Source of the DNA: a virus
Lineage: Duplodnaviria; Caudoviricetes
IMG/VR virus record: IMGVR_UViG_3300037249_000709
Location: 32,001-96,000 of that record
Direction: 5' to 3' (one strand)
Length of the DNA: 64,000 nucleotides
A model generated the notes under the pieces. It searched no databases. It saw only the letters and a program-made list of their open reading frames with translations, and was not told where the DNA came from. This document shows, in pieces, positions 1 through 9,172 of the stretch; positions within the stretch are counted from its first letter, which is position 1, and each line of letters starts with the position of its first letter. The position numbers and the translations under genes are program-made.

Positions 1-208
1 ACCAGCAGACATATGGGTATGTTTCATCATTCCACTCTTTTTTATCCCACACGCTTATATCTGTTTCCCATCTCCCATTGTATAGATAACCTTCACCATC
101 AAAAGATGTAAACCAACCTTCTTTAATTAACCTCTTAAATTCCTTGCTGTCATAAACTACGCAGCCATCTGCTTCCAGTTCTACTTGGACTTCCTCTAAA
201 TCTTTCAC
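1..208 (-). CDS. hypothetical protein, truncated by window edge
   Basis: GTG at 208 with GGAG RBS; open frame MKDLEEVQVELEADG... runs off position 1. Confidence 0.6.
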   Translation of the reverse strand, partial: MKDLEEVQVELEADGCVVYDSKEFKRLIKEGWFTSFDGEGYLYNGRWETDISVWDKKEWNDETYPYVCW

Positions 209-231
209 TTTTACTTAATCTCCTTTTTTGT

Positions 232-717
232 TTATCCGCCCATATTGGGGAATGGGCATTCCCATTGCCAATCATTATATTTAATTATCTCGTCCAGCGT
301 AACTTCACCGCCGATAATTTCGATTTCGTGACAGAATTGCATACCACATTCGATACCATATAGACGAATATCGAGGTTAAATTTCTTTGATATATCAACC
401 CAATTTTCGGGTAGTAAATCCCACGCTTGTCTTACATTTACTACACAGCAAGATAAATTTTCATCATCTTGGTGAAAGTGTGTTTCTCCGTTGATAAACG
501 CTCGTCGTGTGCCTTCTACCCATGTAGAGCTATCCCCAATTACAATATCTATCCACCCGTCATCTTCTTCGAGGCTAATATAATCATCTCTTGGGAGTTT
601 TGTTACTTCATTTTTTGATAAATCATAAAAAGAACAACTAATCCCTTCTAAAAAGAATCTTTTGATGTCTGCATATTTTCCGCGCAGTTTTAAACTGCCT
701 TCACACCAGTTTGGCAT
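232..717 (-). CDS. YubB/DUF1281-like ferredoxin-fold phage protein
   Basis: MPNWCEGSLKLRG N-terminus typical of this family; GGAGG RBS. Confidence 0.55.
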   Translation of the reverse strand: MPNWCEGSLKLRGKYADIKRFFLEGISCSFYDLSKNEVTKLPRDDYISLEEDDGWIDIVIGDSSTWVEGTRRAFINGETHFHQDDENLSCCVVNVRQAWDLLPENWVDISKKFNLDIRLYGIECGMQFCHEIEIIGGEVTLDEIIKYNDWQWECPFPNMGG

Positions 718-1049
718 TTCAATCCTCCTTGTCCGTTGCTAATTTCATTTAAATCTTCTTCTGTAATTTCTCCGATAGTAGTAAGCAAACAGGGCTTTAC
801 ATAATCATTAAACCATTTCGTGGTTCTTACCTCTTTAGTACAAAATACCATATGAAACCTCATACCAAGTACATTGAGATTATTTTCACCTACCCACAAA
901 AATTCCATCAACGAGTTTTCATATATCAATCTCGGCGTGTTGTATTCCTTACCTGCGGGATAAGCTGCACCCAATTTATACTTTAAGAAGTTCTTTGCCA
1001 TTTCTCGTGTTGGAGTAATGATTGCAACCCTTATTCTATCGTAGCACAT
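690..1049 (-). CDS. hypothetical protein
   Basis: ORF track; tight operon packing. Confidence 0.6.
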   Translation of the reverse strand: MCYDRIRVAIITPTREMAKNFLKYKLGAAYPAGKEYNTPRLIYENSLMEFLWVGENNLNVLGMRFHMVFCTKEVRTTKWFNDYVKPCLLTTIGEITEEDLNEISNGQGGLKCQTGVKAV

Positions 1050-1050
1050 T

Positions 1051-1398
1051 TTAATTCTCTCTTTTATTCACACTGTCTATTTGTCTTTTCGGCAATGCTA
1101 AGTATAGCCAATTACCTTCTATTGTCTTTTCTAACACCCGATATTGCAGACTCTTTAAAACAGAAATGTGTACTGGATGCCCACGCCAATAGAACAGGGT
1201 GTCTTTGCTATTCACAAATTGTTCCATTGATTTAATAGGTTCACCTTCGATGTATTTCCGTTTTGGTTCTAACGTGGTTTCTTCGTACTCTTTGCGAATT
1301 TCACAAGTATCTGACCTCCAGCACTTATTGTGCGTTTGTTTTCCGTTTCTTTTTGTATGTTTATGTGCATATTCGCAATTTCTACAAGGGTTTTTCAT
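1051..1398 (-). CDS. hypothetical Cys-containing protein
   Basis: ORF with GAGG RBS, CxxC. Confidence 0.6.
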   Translation of the reverse strand: MKNPCRNCEYAHKHTKRNGKQTHNKCWRSDTCEIRKEYEETTLEPKRKYIEGEPIKSMEQFVNSKDTLFYWRGHPVHISVLKSLQYRVLEKTIEGNWLYLALPKRQIDSVNKREN

Positions 1399-1616
1399 CT
1401 TACCGTCCTCTTAGATTTTTAAAATGCGTGTTTTATTGTTTTGTACCTATGTAAAATTATAAGGTGCTAAAACCTCAAATTAATAATATTGTTTAGCACC
1501 TATTCACAAAGGTTTTGGCGAGTGCCAATACCTCACCTTTTGGCTGCAAAATCAGCCGTTACTCACGATTTTTAGAAAATCGCTTTCTGTTTAAAGCTCG
1601 TTAGGGCTTAATTTGT

Positions 1617-1871
1617 TTAGGCATTACGCCTTGCCTTTCGTTCTTCTCGTTCTCGAATAATTTTCGCTCTTTCCGACAACTCTTTGGCAATTCCATTAAG
1701 CTGAACTTTCTGCTCAAACAAGTACATCATAGCCTTTTCGAGTTTTGCTCTCTCGGCATTTCCTATCTTAGAATTATAACGACGTTTCTTTTCCTCTAAT
1801 TGCTTTTCGATTTTCAATGCGTTTTGGCGGTAATCTTCCGCCCACTTTTCGTAGTCATCTGCGGTCATCAT
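1617..1871 (-). CDS. hypothetical coiled-coil protein
   Basis: ORF downstream of a class-B motif. Confidence 0.6.
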   Translation of the reverse strand: MMTADDYEKWAEDYRQNALKIEKQLEEKKRRYNSKIGNAERAKLEKAMMYLFEQKVQLNGIAKELSERAKIIREREERKARRNA

Positions 1872-2037
1872 CTTTGCCCTTTCGTGTATGTTTATAATAT
1901 AGTTATTTGGATTGTTTCTTAGAGGCTAAAAAATATGCGAAAAATGTAAAAAAGTCCTCAAAATTCGCTCATTTTTCGTGATTTTATTACACATATTACA
2001 AATTTTGTATAACAAATCTGTCGATAAAACTATTATT

Positions 2038-2391
2038 TTATTTGCACTCTTTTTTATATCTTTCATTTTCTGCCACAAGGAGATTCCAAAGGTCAGATAT
2101 TGATGTCAGTGGTATCGGATTTCCAGCTTCATCTTTAACGCCATATTCCTCCGCCTTTGTGCCACACTCTAATTCGCACACCCAATAGTCTATCCACTCG
2201 TATTTGTCATTGGTGAGCTTTTCAAGAAGTTCGACTACATTATAGGCTAAGTCGGGAAATTCCAGTGAGAAATCACCTGCTCTATTTTCTCGGTAGTATT
2301 TCCTACCCAACTCATAAAGAGCATTCGACAGCTCTGTGATTGAAATTACATCTTTAAGATGTCTTTCAAATTCTTCATAGGTTATTTGCAT
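2038..2391 (-). CDS. hypothetical protein (start re-assigned to MQITYEE)
   Basis: GGAGG RBS precedes ATG at 2391. Confidence 0.6.
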   Translation of the reverse strand: MQITYEEFERHLKDVISITELSNALYELGRKYYRENRAGDFSLEFPDLAYNVVELLEKLTNDKYEWIDYWVCELECGTKAEEYGVKDEAGNPIPLTSISDLWNLLVAENERYKKECK

Positions 2392-2414
2392 CGCAACCTC
2401 CTGTATGTAAAATC

Positions 2415-2598
2415 TTAGTATGACTCTGCTTGTCCCTTCGTGCAGAAGAAGTGGAAACCTGTTGAACACTCTTCATTGCTCATATCGAAATTGTCTATTA
2501 CAACATCATCTGCAAGCATTCATAGCCGCCGCACGAACACGCCAATCCTCGTCTTTCAGCCAACGCTCGATAGTTTCAATAGATAATTCTTTTTTCAT
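2415..2598 (-). pseudogene. internally deleted HEAT-repeat/DUF5758-like gene
   Basis: MKKELSIETIERWLKDEDWRVRAAAMNAC* then, in another frame, DNFDMSNEECSTGFHFFCTKGQAESY* resembling the DUF5758 C-terminus. Confidence 0.5.
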
Positions 2599-2628
2599 AT
2601 TAGTATCTCCTTTAAAAATTTGTATTTT

Positions 2629-2808
2629 TTAATAATTAAAACCTTTCAAATACTCATCAATTCTTGATTGAGCTGCATCCGACAACCTTAGTGTGCCGGA
2701 CTTCCATTGATATATTGCTTGTGGGGATAACCCAACTTTTCTTGCAACAACCGTCATCGGTACTCCAACTTCATCTAAGAACTTGTTAAGTCGTTCGACC
2801 AAACTCAA
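2629..2808 (-). CDS. Cro/XRE-like HTH regulator, 59 aa (not in ORF track)
   Basis: TTG start; MSLVERLNKFLDEVGVPMTVVARKVGLSPQAIYQWKSG...; AAGGTG RBS; promoter upstream. Confidence 0.75.
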   Translation of the reverse strand: MSLVERLNKFLDEVGVPMTVVARKVGLSPQAIYQWKSGTLRLSDAAQSRIDEYLKGFNY

Positions 2809-2913
2809 TGATTTTCACCTTCTTGTTAAATGTTCTTATGATAATAACTATAAAGTATTTTTGTAAATTTAATAGTGCAGGTTGTCTGCACTATTGATTT
2901 CCTCAACATCTTT

Positions 2914-2960
2914 ATTATATCATAAATTCTCAAATTTGTCAAGTAGTTATTTGGGTGTAT
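2914..2960 (-). promoter_or_regulatory. class-A promoter: ACCCAAATAACTAC box abutting TTGACA-N17-TATAAT
   Basis: consensus sigmaA hexamers; related copies at 10478, 13656, 16241, 17931, 20232 (-) and 42871 (+). Confidence 0.85.
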
Positions 2961-2969
2961 TTAAGAAAA

Positions 2970-3836
2970 TTATAAATTTATTTTGCTCCACCGTTTTTTA
3001 TCCCAATACTTCCATTCGATATGTCCGGACATTATTCTGACTTCCACATCTTCTATCTTGTCAAATTGTAGAATATAATCCCTATATATTTGTTTGGTGT
3101 CATTCGGGATATTATATATGCCTGCCCACCTATCAAGTGTGTGGTCAATTTGCTCTATCGACCACTCGACATCGGACAATGCTGCTTGTCGCTCAAATTC
3201 TTTTTCTATTTCATCATATTTAGCTTTTACTTCCTCTGCTGTTTTGCACAAGTCACGGAATTGGACAGTTAAATATGTTGGGTGGTATTTGCCGTTATAG
3301 TTTCTAATAATACGCCACCCCTTATGTTTATCAATCTCGGTTTCAAATCTGCCGTAATCGTTTTCTTGAACTTTAACCAAGATACCATTCTCTATAGCTT
3401 TTCTGATAATTTCTTCCGTTAATGTTCCATTGACACGCAGCACATTTTTATTCTCGTCAAACGGTTCAAATGTTATGTGCATTAACTCGGTGTTGTACGT
3501 CCAACCCTTTGGAAGTTTCTGCCATCGTGTTGGGGTTTCAAACTCATTAGCTGGTACTCCCTCAATAATTCGACATTCTTTATAGTCGTATAGTTGTACG
3601 GTCGTTTGACCACTATAATGTGCTATAACCTCACCAAAGCAAAGATGATATCCACCACCCAAAGGTATTGATGAACCCGAAGGCGAATAATTTGAAAGCC
3701 AAAACACAAAATTACCTATCGGAAATGATTCGCATTGTTTATTGCAGTGGCGAGGGCATAATGTCCAATTCCAATTTTCCGTATCTTCTCGTATAGTTTC
3801 CGGAGTTACTATTGGGGTATATTCAGCCATATTCAA
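2970..3836 (-). CDS. hypothetical protein
   Basis: 288-aa ORF, GAGG RBS. Confidence 0.7.
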   Translation of the reverse strand: MNMAEYTPIVTPETIREDTENWNWTLCPRHCNKQCESFPIGNFVFWLSNYSPSGSSIPLGGGYHLCFGEVIAHYSGQTTVQLYDYKECRIIEGVPANEFETPTRWQKLPKGWTYNTELMHITFEPFDENKNVLRVNGTLTEEIIRKAIENGILVKVQENDYGRFETEIDKHKGWRIIRNYNGKYHPTYLTVQFRDLCKTAEEVKAKYDEIEKEFERQAALSDVEWSIEQIDHTLDRWAGIYNIPNDTKQIYRDYILQFDKIEDVEVRIMSGHIEWKYWDKKRWSKINL

Positions 3837-3852
3837 ACACCTCTTGCATTAT

Positions 3853-4332
3853 TTAGTTATTAACGCACTCGAATCTATATTCCATTATTCCGCTATAATT
3901 ACCTGCCTTGCCATAATCTTCATAGGTTATGCCAAAATCTTTTGTTGCAAAACCTTGACTAATATCATTTGCTGAAAATGACACAAGTGGTGTAACAGTG
4001 TCAACATTGGTGTTTAATGCGTTATTCACAAATCCGCACCTAATAGAACCGCTTCCGCTTTCGTGGGTTAGCGATATGGAATTAGCATCGTCTATGTTGG
4101 TTACATAAACATTAACCGAGCAATCATTTTCCAAATCGGCATCATTTATTGTAACTGGCACATAATTACCACTATTCAAGTCAATGGTTGCCGGAATTGT
4201 AATATTGTATCTACTGTAAATATGTGCTTTGATTTCTGCTTGACCGCTGCCAGCAATGTTTTCAGCATATGCCGTAAATGAGCTACATAAAACCATAGCA
4301 ATAGCCATAATAATTGATATTCTTTTCTTCAT
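3853..4332 (-). CDS. putative secreted beta-rich protein
   Basis: signal peptide MKKRISIIMAIAMVLCSSFTAYA. Confidence 0.65.
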   Translation of the reverse strand: MKKRISIIMAIAMVLCSSFTAYAENIAGSGQAEIKAHIYSRYNITIPATIDLNSGNYVPVTINDADLENDCSVNVYVTNIDDANSISLTHESGSGSIRCGFVNNALNTNVDTVTPLVSFSANDISQGFATKDFGITYEDYGKAGNYSGIMEYRFECVNN

Positions 4333-4338
4333 ATTACC

Positions 4339-4791
4339 TCACTTAGAATTTATTTCAATATTGATTGTACCGCTATTCAAGACGGATTTATCATTTAACG
4401 AATAACACTTATAAGCTAACAAGCAATTTTTGTATAATCCTCTTTTTAGCGGTAATGAAATCTCTATCTCGCTTATTCTTTCGTTCGGCTCGATATAATC
4501 CGACTGCCAAAGCTCTATTCCATTTGAAAGACGTAACTCAATTTTAAAATAGCAGGAGTTTTCTGCTGGATTATAAAAGTCAACTTGCTGCGTTGTTTTT
4601 CCTGCGTCAAAATTCAAACCGCTAACAGCCGGGATTACTATTGTATCTTCTGAATCATATGGAACGAAATCAAGGGTGCTAATATTAGGTATAGCAGTTT
4701 CATCGGGTATCACATCAGTTTCGTTTGTGTCAATGATTACTAATGCTATTACAACCACAACAAAAGCAATTATTCGTCTTTTAATTTTCAT
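4339..4791 (-). CDS. putative membrane-anchored protein
   Basis: N-terminal hydrophobic segment after basic residues. Confidence 0.65.
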   Translation of the reverse strand: MKIKRRIIAFVVVVIALVIIDTNETDVIPDETAIPNISTLDFVPYDSEDTIVIPAVSGLNFDAGKTTQQVDFYNPAENSCYFKIELRLSNGIELWQSDYIEPNERISEIEISLPLKRGLYKNCLLAYKCYSLNDKSVLNSGTINIEINSK

Positions 4792-5029
4792 TAGGACGTT
4801 TTCTCACTTCTTGATAGAGTGCAATAATCGACCGTTGATAAACCTTTTCGGTCATATCCCCCGTGTGCTGTTTCATAAAGCCCGCATATTCACTATTGCA
4901 ATGCTTGCAATTATGTATATAAACTGGATAACCATATCCATTTATATCCTCAACTGTGTTTTCGGGAACATTCTCAAATGTTTCTTGAAATCCACAATTT
5001 GGACAATAAAAATAGAACATTATTTGCAC
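4781..5029 (-). CDS. zinc-ribbon protein
   Basis: CPNC ... CKHC. Confidence 0.6.
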   Translation of the reverse strand: MQIMFYFYCPNCGFQETFENVPENTVEDINGYGYPVYIHNCKHCNSEYAGFMKQHTGDMTEKVYQRSIIALYQEVRKRPNEN

Positions 5030-5030
5030 C

Positions 5031-5810
5031 TCACTCTATTCTTTTTATTTCTTGATATATAACATTGTGCTTTTTATATATGCCATACTCGTTTTTGTGT
5101 AAGTGACCGCTCCACCACTCTGAATATTGCAGTCCATTTTCAATTAACTTGTCAAAGTAATCTCCAAGACTATCCGAATCGTAGAAACCGAACCATTTGC
5201 AAACTTCTTTGTTCGGGCAATGTGTCAGAACATAATCCACTCTATACCCGACCTTTTCTAATTCGCTAATCCCTCTTTGCATTTCTTCCTCGCTCGGAAG
5301 TTCCTCTTTCCACCACGAGATGCCATCAATTCTTAATAGCTCTCCGCTGCGCGTTCTCTTATTGTAATCCCTTGCCAAGTCTTTGAGCGATTTATAATCT
5401 GATGGTTTTAATATTCCGTCTTTAATGTCGTGGCTACTTGCACCGCCCATAGCAAAGAACTTTTTACCCTCAAAATCAAAGATATATCCACGCATTAGAT
5501 GATAGATGTTATCACGAATTTTATGAGCTTTGCCACCGTGAAAATCTACGATAGGAAATTCATCGGTGTAATACCTTGAATGATTCTCGTGATTGCCGTC
5601 TATATAACAGAGAGTAAAAGGTTTATCATTAAGCCAACCGAGCCAATAGTTTTCTTCCGACATATCCATCTTCTCGTTAAACCATACACCACCAAAATCT
5701 CCGAGAATAATTACAATATCATCTTTGGTCAATCCTTTTTGCTCTGGAAACCTTTTTGTTGTAAATCTTCCAAAATCAGCGTGTGTATCTCCCGTTATAT
5801 AGATAGCCAT
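5031..5810 (-). CDS. calcineurin-like metallophosphoesterase
   Basis: GDTH, GDFG, GNHE, THC, GHLH motifs. Confidence 0.9.
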   Translation of the reverse strand: MAIYITGDTHADFGRFTTKRFPEQKGLTKDDIVIILGDFGGVWFNEKMDMSEENYWLGWLNDKPFTLCYIDGNHENHSRYYTDEFPIVDFHGGKAHKIRDNIYHLMRGYIFDFEGKKFFAMGGASSHDIKDGILKPSDYKSLKDLARDYNKRTRSGELLRIDGISWWKEELPSEEEMQRGISELEKVGYRVDYVLTHCPNKEVCKWFGFYDSDSLGDYFDKLIENGLQYSEWWSGHLHKNEYGIYKKHNVIYQEIKRIE

Positions 5811-5818
5811 TGTTTACC

Positions 5819-6508
5819 TCACTTCTTATCTGTAGCTCTTTTGATTGCCTCCGCAAGCACATCAATTAGCTTTTCTGTTTCGGCAGCTTCTCGTCTTGCC
5901 TGCCGTCTTGCTCTCTTTTCTGCCAACTTCTTTGCTCTCTGCTTCTCTGCTTCGTCAGCTCTACGAGCTTCATCTTCCCATTCTCTATTTTCTTTCATTA
6001 CCTTCATAGCGTGACGAATAACAGAGTTGTAAACCTTTGTGCCGCTTACCGAATCACTAACAGACATTAGCTTCTTTGTGATACAAATAGAAATTCCTGT
6101 TTCAAGAGAATACGTATCTTCGTCGCTTAGTATAGCCTTCTCGGTTGTTCCATCTGCAAAATCAACCATAACAACCTTCGGCTCGTCCGTGTTAGGCTTA
6201 TTTACAACTCTAACATCTTCAATATTTGGCATTAGGTAAGCATAATAACCATATGCATCTCTTATTTTAATACTATCGTCACCATAGCGAACATTACTCT
6301 TTTTCTCATTGTTATCATAACCAATAGCTGGTGTTCTTGGTTGTAATGAGGTTATGTTTGGAATAAAATCTCCGACGTAAGATATCCCATAATCATGTTT
6401 CCTAATCGCCTTAATCCAATTAGCTTCGATTTCCTTTTTAATTTCCTCGTTGTTTTTGTAATCACACATTTTAAATCTCCCTTTATTATATTTGTTTTTT
6501 TTGCACAA
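5819..6508 (-). CDS. hypothetical phage protein
   Basis: 229-aa ORF with coiled-coil C-terminus; start may be downstream at MCDYK. Confidence 0.65.
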   Translation of the reverse strand: MCKKNKYNKGRFKMCDYKNNEEIKKEIEANWIKAIRKHDYGISYVGDFIPNITSLQPRTPAIGYDNNEKKSNVRYGDDSIKIRDAYGYYAYLMPNIEDVRVVNKPNTDEPKVVMVDFADGTTEKAILSDEDTYSLETGISICITKKLMSVSDSVSGTKVYNSVIRHAMKVMKENREWEDEARRADEAEKQRAKKLAEKRARRQARREAAETEKLIDVLAEAIKRATDKK

Positions 6509-6539
6509 TACCTTTTAATTATTTAAGGCTTTGTGCATA

Positions 6540-6621
6540 TGGTGAGGCTGGTGGGACTTGAACCCACAACGCTTACGCAACGGGTTTTGAGACCGCCCTA
6601 TCTGCCAATTCCAGCACAACC
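6540..6621 (-). tRNA. tRNA-Leu(CAA), 3' part; interrupted at acceptor positions 3-4 by an IS607-type element
   Basis: GGTTGTGCTGGAATTGGCAGA...CTCAAAA...GTTCAAGTCCCACCAGCCTCACCA; the original 5' GAGG is at 8099-8102. Confidence 0.85.
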
Positions 6622-6790
6622 GTTACTGAAAACTTATAAAAAGTTATAAAGCAAAAACTTTTATGTTCCATTCCTTATTCAACGTGTCCATTTTTGATAT
6701 GACAAGCCATTATCTACTCATGTTTGGTATAACACTCCGAAGGCGTAAATTCCCGACTAACGTATCGGTACACATTAACAGCACTTGTTT
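6622..6790 (-). ncRNA. predicted TnpB omegaRNA scaffold (guide = adjacent tRNA-Leu sequence)
   Basis: non-coding right end downstream of tnpB, where TnpB omegaRNAs are encoded. Confidence 0.6.
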
Positions 6791-6793
6791 TAG

Positions 6794-7954
6794 CTATGCT
6801 GTCAATCCATAATTCATTAAGTTGACACTTGCCTGAAAATCTCTATCAATCGTTAGTCCGCATTCTGAACAATGATAAATTCTGTCAGATAGTTTCAAAT
6901 CGTTTTTGATATTTCCACAACAGGAACACATTTTACTTGATGGATAGTATCTATCTGCTATCACAAGCTCAATGTTGTGCCAATGACACTTGTATTCTAT
7001 CTGTCTGTAAAATTCATAAAAACATTGTTCCTGAACCACTCTTGACAAGTATTTATTTTTCATCATACCGGTTACATTCAAATCTTCTAAAACAATAAAC
7101 TTTGGCTTTCGGTTTATGATTTCGGAAGTGACAGAATGTAAATAGTTATGACGAATATTTGTTAGTCTGTGATTTGCTTTTAAAAGATTTCTTTCACTTT
7201 TTACAATGTTGCGTGTTTTACAGAAACAACCTTCTTCCTTGTTTTTTAAGTATTTTTTAGATACTCTGCGTTGCAACCTACGCTGTTTCTTCTTTATTTT
7301 TCTAATCTTTTCAGTTTTGTTAATATTCGGATAGACATTACCATCAGAACAAATTGCTAAATCTTTGATGCCAATATCAATTCCTATTCCTTGATTTGTT
7401 GGCTTTTCTTGTGATTCTTCACAATCAATTCCAACGGAAATCCACCAATTTAAGCCATCAAAAGTGATTCGTGGATTGGAATATTTTACATTAACGGGAA
7501 TCCTATTAGACTCTGCCAATTTTACATAATTGAATTTCTGCTTGTTCTTCTTTCGGCTTGTTGTCAGCTTTTCTAACTTTACATGAGTAGAAGTAAAACT
7601 GATTTTGGCAGTATCAGCATAAAAAGATGGTCTGGATTTTCTTTTGCTCTTGAATTTCGGAAATCCTGCAATACCTCTAAAAAAGTTTTGATATGCTGCG
7701 CAAGCATCTTTGATGGCTTGTTTTGTAATGTTATTGCTATAATCATTTAGCCATGTATATTTTGACTGTTTTTTCAGTTCTGTGAAAATTCTGCGAAGTT
7801 CGTAATGGGAAATAAACGAATTTTCGGCTTCGTGATTTGCTTTTTCATAGCCTAATGCCCAATTATAGGCAAATCTTGCTGCCCCCACACATTCAAACAA
7901 CTTTGTTTTCTGTTTGTTGTTTGGAAGGAGCATTACTTTGATGGTCTTAATCAT
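6794..7954 (-). CDS. tnpB: RNA-guided endonuclease TnpB
   Basis: RuvC GIDIG / VLEDL / DRD, CSCC-CSEC zinc finger, N-terminal ARFAYNWAL. Confidence 0.95.
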   Translation of the reverse strand: MIKTIKVMLLPNNKQKTKLFECVGAARFAYNWALGYEKANHEAENSFISHYELRRIFTELKKQSKYTWLNDYSNNITKQAIKDACAAYQNFFRGIAGFPKFKSKRKSRPSFYADTAKISFTSTHVKLEKLTTSRKKNKQKFNYVKLAESNRIPVNVKYSNPRITFDGLNWWISVGIDCEESQEKPTNQGIGIDIGIKDLAICSDGNVYPNINKTEKIRKIKKKQRRLQRRVSKKYLKNKEEGCFCKTRNIVKSERNLLKANHRLTNIRHNYLHSVTSEIINRKPKFIVLEDLNVTGMMKNKYLSRVVQEQCFYEFYRQIEYKCHWHNIELVIADRYYPSSKMCSCCGNIKNDLKLSDRIYHCSECGLTIDRDFQASVNLMNYGLTA

Positions 7955-8106
7955 TTTCTGTAAGTTCCTTTATCATTTTTTTACTTTATTCGCACGCTAT
8001 AATAGCAATAACCATTTACACTTTTATGATGTGGTCTTAACTTGCTGGATTTATCCCATTATTACAATATTTTATAGGAATGTTCTAACTATTAAAACCC
8101 TCATAG

Positions 8107-8178
8107 TAACCGGTACGGGACTCGAACCCGCGTCTCCGCCTTGAAAGGGCGATGTCTTAGCCTCTTGACCAACCGGTC
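8107..8178 (-). tRNA. tRNA-Glu(TTC)
   Basis: cloverleaf, loop CTTTCAA, GTTCGAGTC. Confidence 0.92.
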
Positions 8179-8183
8179 ATAAG

Positions 8184-8257
8184 TGGGAAGTATGAGAATT
8201 GAACTCATTCCGACAGTGCCACAAACTGCCGTGCTAAACCATTACACTAACAACCCC
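8184..8257 (-). tRNA. tRNA-His(GTG) with G-1, A73 and two U.U acceptor mismatches
   Basis: loop TTGTGGC; acceptor GGGTTGT/ACTTCCC. Confidence 0.8.
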
Positions 8258-8264
8258 GTATGAG

Positions 8265-8337
8265 CCTGAGTGGTGAGACTCGAACTCACGGCATCTTGCT
8301 CCCAAAGCAAGCATTCTACCAACTGAATTACACCCAG
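8265..8337 (-). tRNA. tRNA-Pro(TGG)
   Basis: cloverleaf, loop TTTGGGA. Confidence 0.9.
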
Positions 8338-8426
8338 ATGTTGCCTTGCGACCAACAAGACATATTTTTTTCATTCGCGGACTCACATCACAAGTCAATT
8401 CGATTGCCGCAAAGGTCGATGTTCAG

Positions 8427-8497
8427 AGTGGATAAAGGGAATCGAACCCTTGTCTTTTGGTTGGAAACCAAGTATTAACCCTCTTAACTATACCCAC
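8427..8497 (-). tRNA. tRNA-Gly(TCC)
   Basis: loop TTTCCAA, GTTCGATTC, U73; short D arm. Confidence 0.8.
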
Positions 8498-8761
8498 ATA
8501 TACAATTTGCGGAGTCAACCTACCCTATCCGCAATCAGAATACCGTACAATTTTGATAATGACTACCAAAACTGCCATATCCCTAACCAAAATTGCACCG
8601 AAATCCACACGGTACGACGAATCACAACCTCTGCAAAGGCTATAATCCTTTTGCCAGACCAACCTTGCAGGATTACTCTGACTTGGATTCGCATTTTAAC
8701 ACTTATGAACGTGTTGGGCTGCTGGCACACCCATCAAGTTTAACGACATTGACAAGTCAAG

Positions 8762-8839
8762 TTTCGAGGATAGGAATCGAACCTATGTTTGCCAATATCG
8801 TGCAAAGAACAGCTGTATAACACTAAGCACTACCTCGAA
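8762..8839 (-). tRNA. tRNA-like gene with non-canonical D and anticodon arms
   Basis: perfect acceptor TTCGAGG/CCTCGAA and T arm ATAGG-TTCGATT-CCTAT; anticodon arm does not fold canonically. Confidence 0.55.
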
Positions 8840-8857
8840 ATATTTATTGAATTTAAG

Positions 8858-8941
8858 TGCCGGCGAAGGGACTTGAACCCTCACGAGTATTTCATCGACG
8901 GATTTTAAGTCCGTTGTGTCTGCCAATTCCACCACACCGAC
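8858..8941 (-). tRNA. tRNA-Leu(TAA)
   Basis: loop CTTAAAA, long variable arm. Confidence 0.93.
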
Positions 8942-9076
8942 ATAAAGAGAACTCAGCTTTACCTCGCCCTTAACGACCATTCTCTTGTTACGGCTAATAC
9001 CGTACTGCCGACTGCCATACTCGCAGCTTTACTACTTCTAATCTTCCCTATTCAAGAGTAGCATTGAATAGCATAT

Positions 9077-9166
9077 TGGCGACAGAGGTAGGATTTGAAC
9101 CCACGGAGGGTTTCCCCCCAACGGTTTTCAAGACCGCTGCTTTAAGCCAAACTCAGCCACTCTGCC
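9077..9166 (-). tRNA. tRNA-Ser(TGA)
   Basis: loop CTTGAAA, long variable arm, G73-CCA. Confidence 0.93.
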
Positions 9167-9172
9167 ACATAG

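Larger units (their letters stand above)
6622..8098 (-). mobile_element. non-autonomous IS607-family element (tnpB, tnpA remnant)
   Basis: GG core on both flanks; right end ...TTTTCAGTAAC|GG; frameshifted RANKVK-MIKELTEND TnpA C-terminal remnant overlapping the tnpB start. Confidence 0.85.

Noticed and set aside
7955-8098. IStron (group I intron) that would splice the element out of tRNA-Leu
   Set aside because: The left end is only about 145 bp including a tnpA remnant; there is no room or motif for a group I core.
8717-8728. GTGCCAGCAGCC identical to a conserved 16S rRNA segment
   Set aside because: Only 12 nt with no flanking rRNA similarity; not an rRNA gene.
8260-8980. ORFs overlapping the tRNA cluster
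   Set aside because: Shadows of tRNA genes and structured RNA.
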